Below are positions 38,398-51,948 of a DNA stretch of 64,000 nucleotides, in pieces. Source of the stretch: Octopus vulgaris. Its lineage: Eukaryota. The first letter of the stretch is position 1, and every line of letters begins with the position of its first letter. The stretch is taken from the NCBI GenBank assembly GCA_951406725.2, contig OX597825.1, positions 24,924,001 to 24,988,000 of the forward strand, in the 5' to 3' direction. The notes beneath the pieces are model-generated. The model searched no databases and had not been told where the DNA came from. It worked only from the letters and a program-made list of their open reading frames with translations. The position numbers and the translations under genes are program-made.

Positions 38398-38876
38398 TAT
38401 ATATATATATATATTTTTGGTATTTTCGTTTTAATTTAGATCAAATTTTTTTTAAAACAAATCTGTTTTGTAGCGGTGCGAAAATACACAAAATTCAGTG
38501 GTTATTAAATATTTATGGGTAAAAGTGGAAACGTGACAAAAGTAGAATACAACAAAAAAAAAAAAAAAGCAAGAAAATACTACAGTTTACATTGTAAGCA
38601 AATGTAAAAAAAGGAAAAAGCCCATGACACCAGCAAGTTTTGAACTTGGTGAAACTAAGTGTATGTGAGTGAATACCACTCCAGGTATCGAGTTCTGATT
38701 GGTCAATTGTTCTACTTGACTCTCTTAATGGAGAAACATAATGCTTTACTCTAGCATTTATTACACTCGTATACACACACAAAGTATACTGCTTATACAT
38801 ACATACATACATACATACATACATACATGCATATACATGCATATACATATACATATACATATATATATATATATAT

Positions 38877-39045
38877 GGAGTGGCTGTGTGGTAAGTAGCT
38901 TGCTAACCAACCACATGGTTCCGGGTTCAGTCCCACTGCGTGGCATCTTGGGCAAGTGTCTTCTGCTATAGCCCCGGGCCAACCAATGCCTTGTGAGTGG
39001 ATTTGGGAGACGGAAACTGAAAGAAGCCTGTCGTATATATGTATG

Positions 39046-39076
<31 letters not shown>

Positions 39077-40110
39077 ATGTGTTTGAGTGTCTGTGTTTGT
39101 CCCCCTAGCATTGCTTGACAACCAATGCTGGTGTGTTTATGTCCCCGTCACTTAGCGGTTCGGCAAAAGAGACCGATAGAATAAGTACTGGGCTTACAAA
39201 GAATAAGTTTCGGGGTCGATTTGCTCGACTAAAGGCAGTGCTCCAGCATGGCCGCAGTCAAATGACTGAAACAAGTAAAAGATAAAATATATATATATAT
39301 ATATATATATGTATGAATGTATGTATAAATATATATGTATATCATCATCATCATCATCATCGTTTAACGGCTGTTTTCCATGCTGGCATGGGTTGGACGG
39401 TTTGACTGAGGTCTGGAGAGCCAGCAGCTGGACCAGTCTCCAATCTGATCTGGCAATGGTTCTACAGCTGGAAGCCTTTCCTAACGCCAACCACTCTGTG
39501 AGTGTAGTGGGTGCTTTTTACGTGCCACCAGCACAGATTTATCTGCCACTAGCACGGATTTATTTGCCACCGGCATGGATTTACATGCCACCAAAGATAA
39601 AATGAGGCCCATTTAAATTTTCAGTAAGACATGGGAGAATGACAGAAAATTAACTTTGTGGGGCTAAGAAAGAACAAAATACATATTACTCTTTACTCTT
39701 TACTCTTTTACTTGTTTCAGTCATTTGACTGCGGCCATGCTGGAGCACCGCCTTTAGTCGAGCAAATCGACCCCGGGACTTATTCTTTGTAAGCCCAGTA
39801 CTTATCTATCGGTCTCTTTTGCCGAACCGCTAAGTGACGGGGACGTAAACACACCAGCATCAGTTGTCAAGCAATGCTAGGGGGACAAACACACACACAC
39901 ACAAACACACACACATACACATATATACATATATATACATATATACGACAGGCTTCTTTCAGTTTCCATCTACCAAATCCACTCACAAGGCATTGGTCGG
40001 CCCGGGGCTATAGCAGAAGACACTTGCCCAAGATGCCATGCAGTGGGACTGAACCCGGAACCATGTGGTTGGTAAGCAAGCTACTTACCACACAGCCACT
40101 CCTGCGCCTA
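38877..40110. mobile_element. SINE A (+, 38877-39285), RTE 3' end (-, 39340-39590), SINE A (-, 39688-40110)
   Basis: Family consensus matches. Confidence 0.85.
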
Positions 40111-40609
40111 TTAGCTTCAAATTTTAGCAGAAAGTCAGTAATTTTGGTGGGAGGGGGTACGTCGATTACATTGACCCTGGTTCTCTCAACTGGTATTGAT
40201 TTTACTGAGCCTGAAAGGATGAAGGGCGAAGTCAGTGAGATTTAAACTCAGTACAGACTAAATGCCTCTGAGAATTTTGTCCAGCATGCTAAAAATTCTA
40301 CCAGCTCACTGCCTGAAATTTTTCCAAGATTGTAATAAAAATAACCAGCAAAGATCTTCTCTCGCATAGACCCTGCCATCACCACAAGCACTCCCAAAGA
40401 TCTTTCTAAATCTGTCATTGATAGCCTGTATACTTCATTTTCAATAATAGAAAAAAATCTTATCCCCACTATTGAGAATCAGAATGTCATGTCTAGAAGT
40501 TTGCTGAATCATGAAGCATTAATCTGTTACTACTTTCTGTATCAGTTAGTTTGGTAACGAATGAGTGAATGAACGAGTATTCTCATTCATTCATTCATTA
40601 CCAAATATA

Positions 40610-40645
<36 letters not shown>

Positions 40646-40738
40646 TGTATGTATGTATGTATGTATGTATATGTGTAGATGTGTATGGGTACATGTATAT
40701 ATGCATTACTTTTGCATGCACACACATACATACATACA

Positions 40739-40800
<62 letters not shown>

Positions 40801-41747
40801 AGATATAAATTAGAGGTTATTCAACCATCTAAGGGATAGATGTATCCAAAGGCACTCCTGGTATATTGCCTCAGTATGTATAGTTCTCGTTATAAGGTAT
40901 ATGGTAGTAGGTGATTTAAAAGGTAAAACTGTGGTTTAATATATACAGAGACAATAAGAAAAGGAACAATAATTAACAATGTATCTTAATGTTTTTTCTA
41001 TGTACTCTTCAACCCTTTCTATTATTCCTTTACTTATCTCATTGTACACACTTTATCATACAAACTTTAAATAACTATTTCTTAATTACCCACAAGGGGC
41101 TAAACACAGAGAGGACAAACAAGGACAGACATAGGTATTAAGTCGATTACATCGACCCCAGTGCATAACTGGTACTTAATTTATCGACCCCGAAAGGATG
41201 AAAGGCAAAGTCGACCTCAGCGGAATTTGAACTCACAACGTAACGGCAGACGAAATACCGCTAAGCATTTCGCCCGGTGTGCTAACGTTTCTGCCAGCTC
41301 GCTACCTTAAAATAACTTAAAAAACTTTAAATAACATCCATCCTTAATTTATATTACAGCTTCCATTGTATTACAGGAACTAACTGAGAAGCTACAAATT
41401 AACATTACTTATGGCCAATAACAACACCGGATATCCCCACCAGGTATAACTCCTTCGGCTTACACTGCCAGTCAACTAGCCACTGTCCGCATTACCACCA
41501 TTAGCACCGAATGTAGGAATCTACGAACACATGGAAATATGCAAGTCACTAAAATGCAAGACTATTGCTTTAACAAATTCTTTTCCTTTTTTTCCTTCTA
41601 TTTTATCTTTGCCCTCTTTTTTTTTCTCAATTACAACTTTAATCTTTATGCTCTCCAACACTGCTGGCTGGTCTGAGAAAAGGAGATATAAAAAGAATCA
41701 GCAAATTTAATTTGAACACTGTGTGTGTGTGTGTGCATATACACATG

Positions 41748-41785
<38 letters not shown>

Positions 41786-43181
41786 TATACATGTATATCT
41801 AAATACTTGTCTAACAATCTACATGCATTCATACATGCATCATCCAGATTTGAATGGCCTCAAGAGTAACCGGCTGAAATTTTAAGGATAATCTGGAAAC
41901 TTGACTGAGGAGAGAAAGCCACAAATAACCCATCCTTGTTCCTTTCCTGTCTGTCCTTTTGTTGTTTTTCCTGTCCATCTTTGTATCATCTGTCTGTCTA
42001 GATGTTTTATTGTCGCCTGTTGTGTTCTTACATTTTGGGGATTTATACATACATGCATGCATGCATACATGCATACACATACATACATACATACATACAT
42101 AAATACATACATACATATATACATATGTACATACATAACTTCATACACACATGCACACACACATACACACACACACACAAATACATGCATGCACGCATAC
42201 ATATATACATACATACATGCATTCATACATAAATTTATACATACATACATACATATATGCATACAGCCATACATACATACTCACATGCATGCACACACAC
42301 GCACATGCATACATGCACATACATACATACATACATACATGCACATACATACATACATGCATACACAAACCTGCTTACATATATACATACATACATACAT
42401 AAATTCATACATACATAATACATACACACACACGCACATCAATTCATACATACCTACATACATACATACATACATACATACAGACAGACAGACAGGCAGA
42501 CAGACAGACAGACAGACAGACAGACATAAAACTAAGCGGTTGATGCCCATGATAAAAAAGCTTCACAAATTCTAGAAACACTACACCTACATTCGACTGG
42601 ACAAACATCTGCTGGGTCATACTACAATGGCTGTGCATTGTAGCTTCTCCCTGATCTGAAGGCAAGAATATCATCAGAATTGGTAAACTTTGGGACAACG
42701 AGAGAACCTTTTGCCCTTGTCAGATATGTGTATGTAATGATAAGGTAAATGAAACGAGGAAAGAGATTCTGGGAGGAGATTTATGCTGTGATCAGAATAG
42801 ACTTTGATATGAGAATGCTCAGCAAATGTAGTGGCTTTAACAGTTTGGGGTGCTAGAAGGGCTGACTGCATGCTAGTTGTAAGACGGGGAGGGCCTGTGG
42901 GTCATACGCTGTATGAATGCATCATTAGTTTGTTTTGATTGATGACTTGCAGCTGTTGCTAGCAGCGGGTGAAAGGCCTTCTTTCTCTGAATACAGTGGG
43001 CGGCTTTGCCATTGTGATGCAAGCACAGGATCTGTCTGTTGGTCTGTCTGCACGTACATACATACATACATGCATACATACATACATACATACACGCATG
43101 CATGCATGCATGCATGCATACATAGATGCATACATACATACATACAGACAGACAGACAGATAGATAGACAGCTAGATAGAA

Positions 43182-43212
<31 letters not shown>

Positions 43213-43473
43213 AGATAGCTGGATAGATAGACAAAGTTAGACAGACAGACAGATAGATAGATAGACAAATAGATAGATAGATAGATAGATAGAGATAGAC
43301 TGACAGACTGACAGATAGATAGATAGATAGATAGATCGATAGATACATACATACATACATACATACATACATACATACATACATACATACATACATACAT
43401 AGACAGACAGACAGACGGACAGACAGACAGGCATGCAGACAGACAGACAGACGGACAGGCAGGCAGGCAGACT

Positions 43474-43551
<78 letters not shown>

Positions 43552-43554
43552 CAG

Positions 43555-43585
<31 letters not shown>

Positions 43586-43849
43586 CATAAATAGCTAGAT
43601 AGACAGACAGACAGATACATAGATAGATGGATGGATGGATGGATAGATGGACACAGAAAACACAGAGATTCAGACAAACAAATGCACAAACTCACACTCA
43701 TCTATGCATACATACATACATATACACACACAGACAGAAACACATTTGCCTTCTTACAAAGTTACTCAAATGTATTAGAGTGTATACATAATATACACAT
43801 CTATTTGTTTGCCTGTTTTCAGTCTGTCTGTCTGTCTCTCTACGTATCC

Positions 43850-44600
43850 ATGTATGTTATTATTCTGTTTATTTCAAGAAAGAACCAGTTTCTAACCTTG
43901 ATTCAAGGCTCTCCTCTCACTGGAATTTCAACATCAACAACAGGCTATTTTTCTTTGTATGTATGTATGTATGTATGTATGTATGTATGTATGTATGTAT
44001 GTATGTATGTATGTATGTATGTATGTATGTATGTATGTATGTATGTATGTATGTATGTATGTATGTTTGTATGTATGTTTGTATGTATGTTTGTATGTAT
44101 GTGTGCAGATTTGTATGCTTTGATTTATGTATGTATTCTCATGCATATCTAGATATGCTCATAAATTTAAATGATAAACTTCTGGAAAGTTTTACAAATT
44201 CTTACGGTTACAGTGATGGATTAGATCTGTAGTCTTCAAATAATTAGTTTTCTCCTTTCTAGTTTTGAGAAGCCTAATTTCTCAAGATTGTTATTTTAAC
44301 AATGTTACATATCCCAGAGCTCCAATAATTACAGGTATAAACCTGAACTTGTTATCTGGAAAGAGTAACTGCAGATTTCTCAATAGTTCAACATAGGTAT
44401 TCTCTTTTTCACTGATCTTCATCTTTATGTTAGCATCCACTGGGCAGCTGATTTCCACGACTGTGCACAGTTTCTTTTCTCTTTCCCAAATCATTATATC
44501 AGGTCTGTTGTGCTTACATTTTATTGAGGTTTTCACTGGGACACTCCATCAGTACTTGTTTTTATTATGAGTGGCTATGGCTTCTACCATACAGTGGATT
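43850..44600 (-). pseudogene. Dong/R4-like non-LTR retrotransposon 3' end (REL endonuclease + 3' UTR) in (TACA)n
   Basis: HNRPDIMIW...VVEISCP...EKENTY...IPVIIGALG (PD..E REL motif); related 3' UTR in opposite orientation at 44650-44730. Confidence 0.85.
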
Positions 44601-44601
44601 C

Positions 44602-44650
<49 letters not shown>

Positions 44651-44999
44651 AAAATACCCTGTTGTTGATGTTGAAAAGTGAATAGTTCTTTCACTATTAG
44701 CAAGAAATCTTGAGATAAAACTGAATAATGACATACATATATACACACATACATACATGCATACATATATACATACATAGATACTTACATGCATGCATGC
44801 ATACATACATACATACATACTTACATGCACGCATACATACATACATACTTACATGCACACATACATACATACATACATACATACATACATACATACATAC
44901 ATACTTACATGCATGCATACATACATACATACATACATGCACACATACATACATACATACATACATACATACATACATACGTACATATGTATTTTAACC

Positions 45000-45510
45000 A
45001 TGGAAGCTGTTACCAATCTGGTCTGTCTTTTGGCAAACCATTTTGACTTCTGTAAGAGATCTTGTCACCTTAACAGTACTTGAACTGAACTCTCTACACT
45101 TTACCAACTCCACCAAGATAATCCTGTGATCAAAGCAGCTGACAAGAATGGTTCAGTGCCTGCACCATGGAATAACCTCAATAATAAGGAAGCATAAAGC
45201 CAATCGAATAACCTCCAATTTCATAACAACCTCTTCCATCTGACCTCTCTCCTAATCACCAGCTTCTGATGTCTCCACCCTTATAAAAGTTCTTTTTATT
45301 TCACCATCTCTGACTCCCACTGCTTCCAATCTTATTGTCAACCACCATAACCACCGCCTCACAAATGCTTCTATCTATTTCCTCCCCAGAATCCTTAGAC
45401 TTCATAACTCTGGCCACCTTATTGTCTCCACTTGCACTCAATTGAGTGCTCCACTGCACTCAATTCGAAATGCCTTAGTAAAATCTTCAAGCCTGTAGTT
45501 ACTGCTGCCA
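45000..45510 (+). pseudogene. Penelope-like RT N-terminal relic
   Basis: VIKAADKNG and IYFLPRI...GHLIVS resemble IKPADKG and FYxLPKIHK..GRPIVS. Confidence 0.65.
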
Positions 45511-45636
45511 AGAAAGATTAATTGGGTATTGATAAATTAGTATGATATTTAGACTGTGTGTTGTCCTACATTAAAATCAGCTCTAAACTTTAATTAACAT
45601 TTATTTTTTAAGGGAACATATCACAATATTTAAATA

Positions 45637-47162
45637 GGCGCAGGAGTGGCTGTGTGGTAAGTAGCTTGCTAACCAGCCACATGGTTCTGGGTTCAGTCCC
45701 ACTGTGTGGCATCTTGGGCAAGTGTCTTCTGCTATAGCCTCGGGCCGACCAAAGCCTTGTGAGTGGATTTGGTAGACGGAAACTGAAAGAAGTCTGTTGT
45801 ATATATATATATATATCATCATCATCATCATCATCATCGTTTAACGTCCGCTTTCCATGCTAGCATGGGTTGGACGGTTCAACTGGGGTCTGGGAAGCCC
45901 GAAGGCTGCACCAGGCCAGTCAGATGTGGCAGTGTTTCTATGGCTGGATGCCCTTCCTAACGCCAACCACTCCGAGAGTGTAGTGGGTGATTTTATGTGC
46001 CACCGACACAGGTGCCAGACGAGGCTGGCAGACGGCCACGCTCGGATGGTGTTTTCTTATGTGTCACCGGCACAGGTGCCAGACGAGGCTGGCGGATGGC
46101 CACGCTCGGATGGTGTTTGTTACGTGCCCTCAGCACGGAGGCCAGTCATTGCTGTACTGGCTACGGTCACGTTCGGATGGTTTTCTTATGTGCCACCGGC
46201 ACTGGTACCACAAGGATACAAATTCCATTGATGTTCATCTATTTTGATTTGGTTCGATTTGATTCGATACGATTCGATTCTCACTTGCCTCAACAGGTCT
46301 TCACAAGTGTCACAAGAAGGAAGGTATGCACAGGTGGACTGACTACGTCCCAGGTAGGGGCCACGGATTATGGCTTCACTAGTCTTGCCGGGTCTTCTCA
46401 CGCACAGCATACTTCCATAGGTCTCGGTCTCTAGTCATTTCCATGGTGAGACCTAACGTCCGAAGGTCGTGCTTCACCACCTCGTCCCAGGTTTTCCTGG
46501 GTCTACCTCTTCCACGGGTTCCCTCAACTGCTAGGGATTGGCACTTTCTCACACACCTATCTTCATCCATTCTCGCCACATGACCATACCAGCGCAATCG
46601 TCTCTCTTGCACACAACAACTGATGCTTCTTAGGTACAACATTTCTCTCAAGGTACTAACGCTCTGTCGAGTAAGTACACTGACATTACACATCCATCGG
46701 AGCATACTGGCTTCTTTCCTCACGAGCTTACGCATGTCCTCAGCAGTCACGGCCCATGTTTCACTGCCATGTAGCATAGCTGTTCGTACACATGCATCAT
46801 ACAGTCTGCCTTTTACTCTGAGCGAGAGGCCTTTAGTCACCAGCAGAGGTAAGAGCTCCCTAAACTTTGCCCAGGCTATTCTTATTCTAGCAGTTACACT
46901 TTCAGCGCACCCACCCCCACTACTGACTTGGTCACCTAGATAGCGGAAGCTATCAACTACTTCTAGTTTTTCCCCCGGAAAGTGACAGAAGTTGTTTTCT
47001 GCAGATTTTCGGAGGTCAATGCTCCAGAGCACCTGCCACATACAAAAACTATCTTCCCAGTTAGCCTACCTTTGACATTGCTGCACCTCTTATGTGTCCA
47101 TAGCTTACACTGGGTACATCTTATAGAGTTTCTACCTACACCTTTTCTACAGATCGAGCAGG

Positions 47163-47209
<47 letters not shown>

Positions 47210-47425
47210 ATATGTTTGTGTGTCTGTGTTTGTCCCTCTAGCATTGCTTGACAACTGATGCTGGTGTGTTTACGTCCCCGTCACTTAGCGGTTTGGCAAA
47301 AGAGACCGATAGAATAAGTACTGGGCTTACAAAGAATAAGTCCCGGGGTCGATTTGCTCAACTAAAGGCAGTGCTCCAGCATGGCTGCAGTCAAATGACT
47401 GAAACAAGTAAAAGAGTAAAGAGTA
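45637..47425 (+). mobile_element. SINE A split by an RTE insertion into its internal (TA)n
   Basis: 5' half 45637-45815, 3' half 47167-47425. Confidence 0.85.
45816..47166 (-). mobile_element. young 5'-truncated RTE LINE (RT C-terminus, 3' UTR, (GAT)n tail)
   Basis: WPCSICRKGVG...HKRC..CGRC; EVVDSFRYLG, LHGSETW, RLRWYGHV, RGRPRKTW; stop at 46379. Confidence 0.93.
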
Positions 47426-47849
47426 AATTATGCAGATGCTTACCAGTAGTGTGTTGTGCCATAAATAAAGGGTAGCTCCTAATTACATGAATAACAGAAA
47501 TGAGCAGCTTCGTGCAAGAGGCAGAAAAAAATATTCTGTTTTCTGTTGTCAATGTTTCCTTTAACTTGAGTTGAATAGCAACCAAATAAATTTATCTTCT
47601 TATTTCTTTATTGCCCACAAGGGGCTAAACATAGAGGGGGCAAACAAGGACAGGCAAAGGGATTAAGTCGATTACATCGACCCCAGGGCGTAACTGGTAC
47701 TTAATTTATCAACCCCGAAAGGATGAAAGGCAAAGTCGACCTCGGCGGAATTTGAACTCAGCACGTAGTGGCAGACGAAATACCGCTAAGCATTTCGCCC
47801 GGCGTGCTAACGATTCTACCAGCTCGCCACCTTTTCTTCTTAAGGACTT

Positions 47850-48340
47850 GTCATCTGTGTCAACATGCAAAAACATAAAAGCACATATCGTCCTCAACCA
47901 CCTCTCCGCCTCACTGGCTGTGCTTGCCCATGCTGTTACTTATAAGATATAACCCATTAAAGAAGGAAACATCATAGAACATTTTATAATACAAGGAGAT
48001 ATTTCTGCAACCTGACTGGTTGATACTCAGAGTATGTCACCCAATGGTCTTATCCTAGTAACTAAACCTATAAGGTTTCAGTTTTAGGCCTTGTTACACT
48101 GCCTTTCCTCCCACATTTGCAATACTAATCAAGCTCTTCACCTCTCTAACCCTTTCTCTTTCTGGCCTAACTCCTCTATATTCCTCGTCACTCCAGATAT
48201 TAAGAGACAGTCATCACACATAATGACCATCTTCTCTTTCACGAGAGCTTCTTAAATTGTTACACAACATTAGAGCTCAGTACCTCTGCTTTCCTGTGCC
48301 TTGGTATGTCTGCCCTAACTTCTAGTTATTTTTGCTTCTA
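47850..48340 (+). pseudogene. Penelope-like fragments (GIY-YIG C-terminus and RT)
   Basis: LQSMSPNGL; HICNTNQAL...IFLVTPDIK resembles SYIKDT...LVT.DV. Confidence 0.45.
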
Positions 48341-48500
48341 TGATAAATTTGATCAGCAGGTCATGGGGCTGAGCGTGAGAACAAGGATGAGCCCAGCTAT
48401 GCGCAACATTTTGTTGGTTACATCATGGCTTACATTTTTGCCTAGTTTACTGATTTCAAGCTTCAACTCTGTGCTTTTATAAGGTAAAAACAAAAAATAT

Positions 48501-48669
48501 AGGCATAGGAGTGGCTGTGTGGTAAGTAGCTTGCTTACGAACCATATTGGTTCCAGGTTCAGTACCACTGTGTGGCACCTTGGGCAAGTGTCTTCTACTA
48601 GAGCCTTGGGCTGACCAAAACCTTGTGAGTGGATTTGGTAGGCAGAAACTGAAAGAAGCCCGTCGTATG

Positions 48670-48708
<39 letters not shown>

Positions 48709-48925
48709 ATGTGTGTCTGTGTGTGTGTGTGTTTGTCCCCCACAACATCGCTTGACAACTGATGGTGGTATATTTAAGTCCCCATAACTTAGTGGTTCGG
48801 CAAAAGAGACAGATAGAATAAGTACTGGGCATCCAAAGAATAAGTCCTGGGGGTCGATTTGCTTGACTTAAAAGTAGTGCTCCAGCATGGCCACAGTCAA
48901 ATGACTGAAACAAGTAAAAGAGTAA
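48501..48925 (+). mobile_element. SINE family A
   Basis: Complete copy; further copies at 50580-50755, 52575-53130, 53640-54232, 54785-55215, 58550-58945, 59175-59335. Confidence 0.85.
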
Positions 48926-49650
48926 GTTATAATAATTGCAACTCGCCCACCCCCATTGTAAAATTCCCCCTTATCTTATTAACAGTCAGTCACAACAGAA
49001 AAATAGAATACTAACGTTAGCGGACAATATAACAATAGCTGGAAAAAGTAAGTTTTAAGTGTTTTCTGTGGAGGAATAGTAATACAATCTGCAAGTACTA
49101 ACAAACATGTGTAAATCAACTTTGACCAATCAGGGAAAATGTGTAAATCACAGAAAGAATGTTAATGGTTGTACAAACATAAATCAAATTTCAAATATGT
49201 TTACAAAGGCTGGTGTCCAGAATAGCGATGTTGAAATTTCGACATTGTACAAAGTGTGTGTGTGGATAATGTGTCTTTGTAATGTTCTGTCGGTAAGTCT
49301 TTTTGAACTGGTCTGCTAACAAGTTAGAGTAAAGAGAGTGTACTCAAAAAGATTGAGTTACATCATCATCATGAGTATCATCATCATCATCAGCAGCAGC
49401 AGCAGCAGCCGTTCAAGAATTTGGACCTGGAGATCTCCATTTCCAGCGACTTCGTGGGCCACCTCCCAGTGGTGTCGGGCATCAACAAAGAGCCCCTCGA
49501 CTACAACAAGACGACCAAAGTTTTTTTTTTTTTCCAAGGTCTGGGGTCTCCCGCCCCTAAGCCCTAGACCATCACCTAATCACCCTTACCCATCTTGCTG
49601 CTTAACAACAACAACACCAACACCAACAACAACAACAGCAGCAGCAGCGG

Positions 49651-49702
<52 letters not shown>

Positions 49703-49949
49703 TTCATCATCATTGTTGTTGTCCTCTTCCACTATGAAATTAAATTTCATGGCTATTCTAGTAATGACATTGAATATCTACTGAAAAATAGCATTGGTAT
49801 TAAGTGCAAGTCACATTGCCTCAATAAACTCATCATCATCGTCATCATCATCATCATCTTCGTCATCATCGTCATCATCGTCGTCGTCATCATCGTCATC
49901 ATCATCGTCGTCGTCATCATCGTCATCATCATCGTCGTCGTCATCATTG

Positions 49950-50004
<55 letters not shown>

Positions 50005-50094
50005 CGTCGTCGTCGTCGTCGTCATCATTCAATGTCAACTTTTCATGCCATCATGGGTTGTATGGTTTGACAGGATCCAACAGGCCACACCTAC

Positions 50095-50424
50095 TTATAA
50101 TTCAAACATAATAGTAGTGTTGTTAGAGTAAGCAAGGAATTAAGAAATAATGCATGAAGGCTCTTACAGCTGTTTCTAGAATAGCTGTGTGTATGGTGCT
50201 CAGAGTAATTCTTCAACAATGCAACTGGTAACTACTATTATCTCTAACTAAAGATTATTCTTAAATTCTCTGAAGACAAAATAGTTGGCTTAGATGGAAA
50301 TTTTTTGTTCAATGACCTATCCACCATAAGCACACTATTCTAGAAACAGCTGTAGGAGCCTTTATTCATTATTTCTAAATTCCTTATTTACTCTAACAAC
50401 TCTGCAATTGTGTTTGAATTATAA
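50095..50424. repeat. inverted repeat (~104-bp arms) containing a hammerhead ribozyme (50266-50358, +)
   Basis: Arms 50095-50198 / 50322-50424; TTCT-CTGAAGA...GAAA-CAGCTG-TA-GGAG. Confidence 0.85.
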
Positions 50425-50551
50425 ATTGCATGCTCCAAAGTGATACCACATGTTTTGTTTGCACATTCTCTCTCTCTCACTCACTGTATGTACACACACA
50501 AACAAACACATTAGAAATTTTTTTGTTTGCCCTTATTTATAAGCTGTTCAC

Positions 50552-50584
<33 letters not shown>

Positions 50585-51195
50585 TATATACATATACACG
50601 ACAGGCTTCTTTCAGTTTCTGTCTACCAAATCCACTCACAAGGCTTTGGTCGGCCCGAGGCTATAGTAGAAGCCACTTGCCCAAGGTACCACATACTGTG
50701 GGACTGAACCTGGAACAATGTGGTTGGTAAGCAAGCTACTTACCACACAGCCACAACACAAAGAGATTTCTTACAGGCAAACAGTGAATTATCACTTATA
50801 AAGCTAACATTCCATTTCAAACACCTACTTAACCCAATCACTGCTGTATGCGTCTTAACTCAAATTTCAGATCAAACAGTAAAAACAGTTATATGTGACT
50901 TTAGTGAAATTACCAGCCAGCTGACGTGTCTCGAAAGGCTTTCAAGTAAAAATATCCACCATTAATTCATTTAATAAGCCACCCGAGTGTTTGGGTGCTG
51001 ACGGTACCTGTTTTTAAGCGCATAACTGTCCCGTGACAATTCTGACTGCAGACAAAGTGGCTTTTGAAAGGGTTAATCATCAGTCTTCATCATCATTATC
51101 ACCACCCTCCCCATCATCATCATCATCATCATCTTCATCATTGTCATCGTCATCATCGTCATCATCATCATCGTCATCATCATCACCACCCTCCC

Positions 51196-51234
<39 letters not shown>

Positions 51235-51279
51235 TATCATCATCATCATCACCACCACCACCACCACCACCACCATCAT

Positions 51280-51314
<35 letters not shown>

Positions 51315-51897
51315 CTATCATCAGCAGTAGCAAAAAATCTTTGGTCGTCTTTCCCCCGCCCCCCCCACCCCCACCCCAGACGCTCTGGTCAGTGACCCTC
51401 TCCTTGTCTTTCGGATCTGAGGAAAGTGGACTTCCGCTCCCGACCTGCCAGACATCTCCCAACCCACAAAACAGACGCAGTGAAATCACACTTACCCGTC
51501 TTGTTGCTTAACAACAACAACAACAACAACAACAACAAAATCAGCAGTAGCAGCAGCAATAGCAGCACCCTATGCATGTCTGTTTTCCCATGCTGGCATG
51601 GGTTGGACAGATTTTTCTGACGCAGAGTTTTATGCCTGAATAAGCACCTTGCTGGGTTGCAATGTATCTATTTTCAAAACAGGACGCACTCAGCAAAGAA
51701 AAAATTAATTACCAGTAATTAAAAATGTTATTCTTACTTCACTGAACACTTCTCAAATATTTTCTTGTATCTATTACATTTTAACTTGTTTCATTCGTTT
51801 AAAAAACCATGCCAAAGCAGACAGTGAAGCAGGCCACAGTCCTCTAGCTTAATGGCACCTGTAAAACGGTCCAGCCAAAATGGAAGACTAATGTTAA

Positions 51898-51948
<51 letters not shown>

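Noticed and set aside
41855-41890. Hammerhead-like CTCAAGA...GAAA..TA (and similar at ~38675-38730 minus)
   Set aside because: Core nucleotides mutated and stems weak; too degenerate to call
42570-43030. Unique-looking block as a possible host exon
   Set aside because: Stops in most frames; weak resemblance to a decayed L2/CR1 3' region, too poor to annotate
45985-46205. Regularly spaced repeats resembling a CRISPR array
   Set aside because: Eukaryotic RTE 3'-UTR tandem subrepeats; the 'spacers' are homologous to each other and there are no cas genes
49107-49297. ORF ending at a G|GTAAGT donor as a possible exon
   Set aside because: No recognisable protein similarity, no clear acceptor or partner exon
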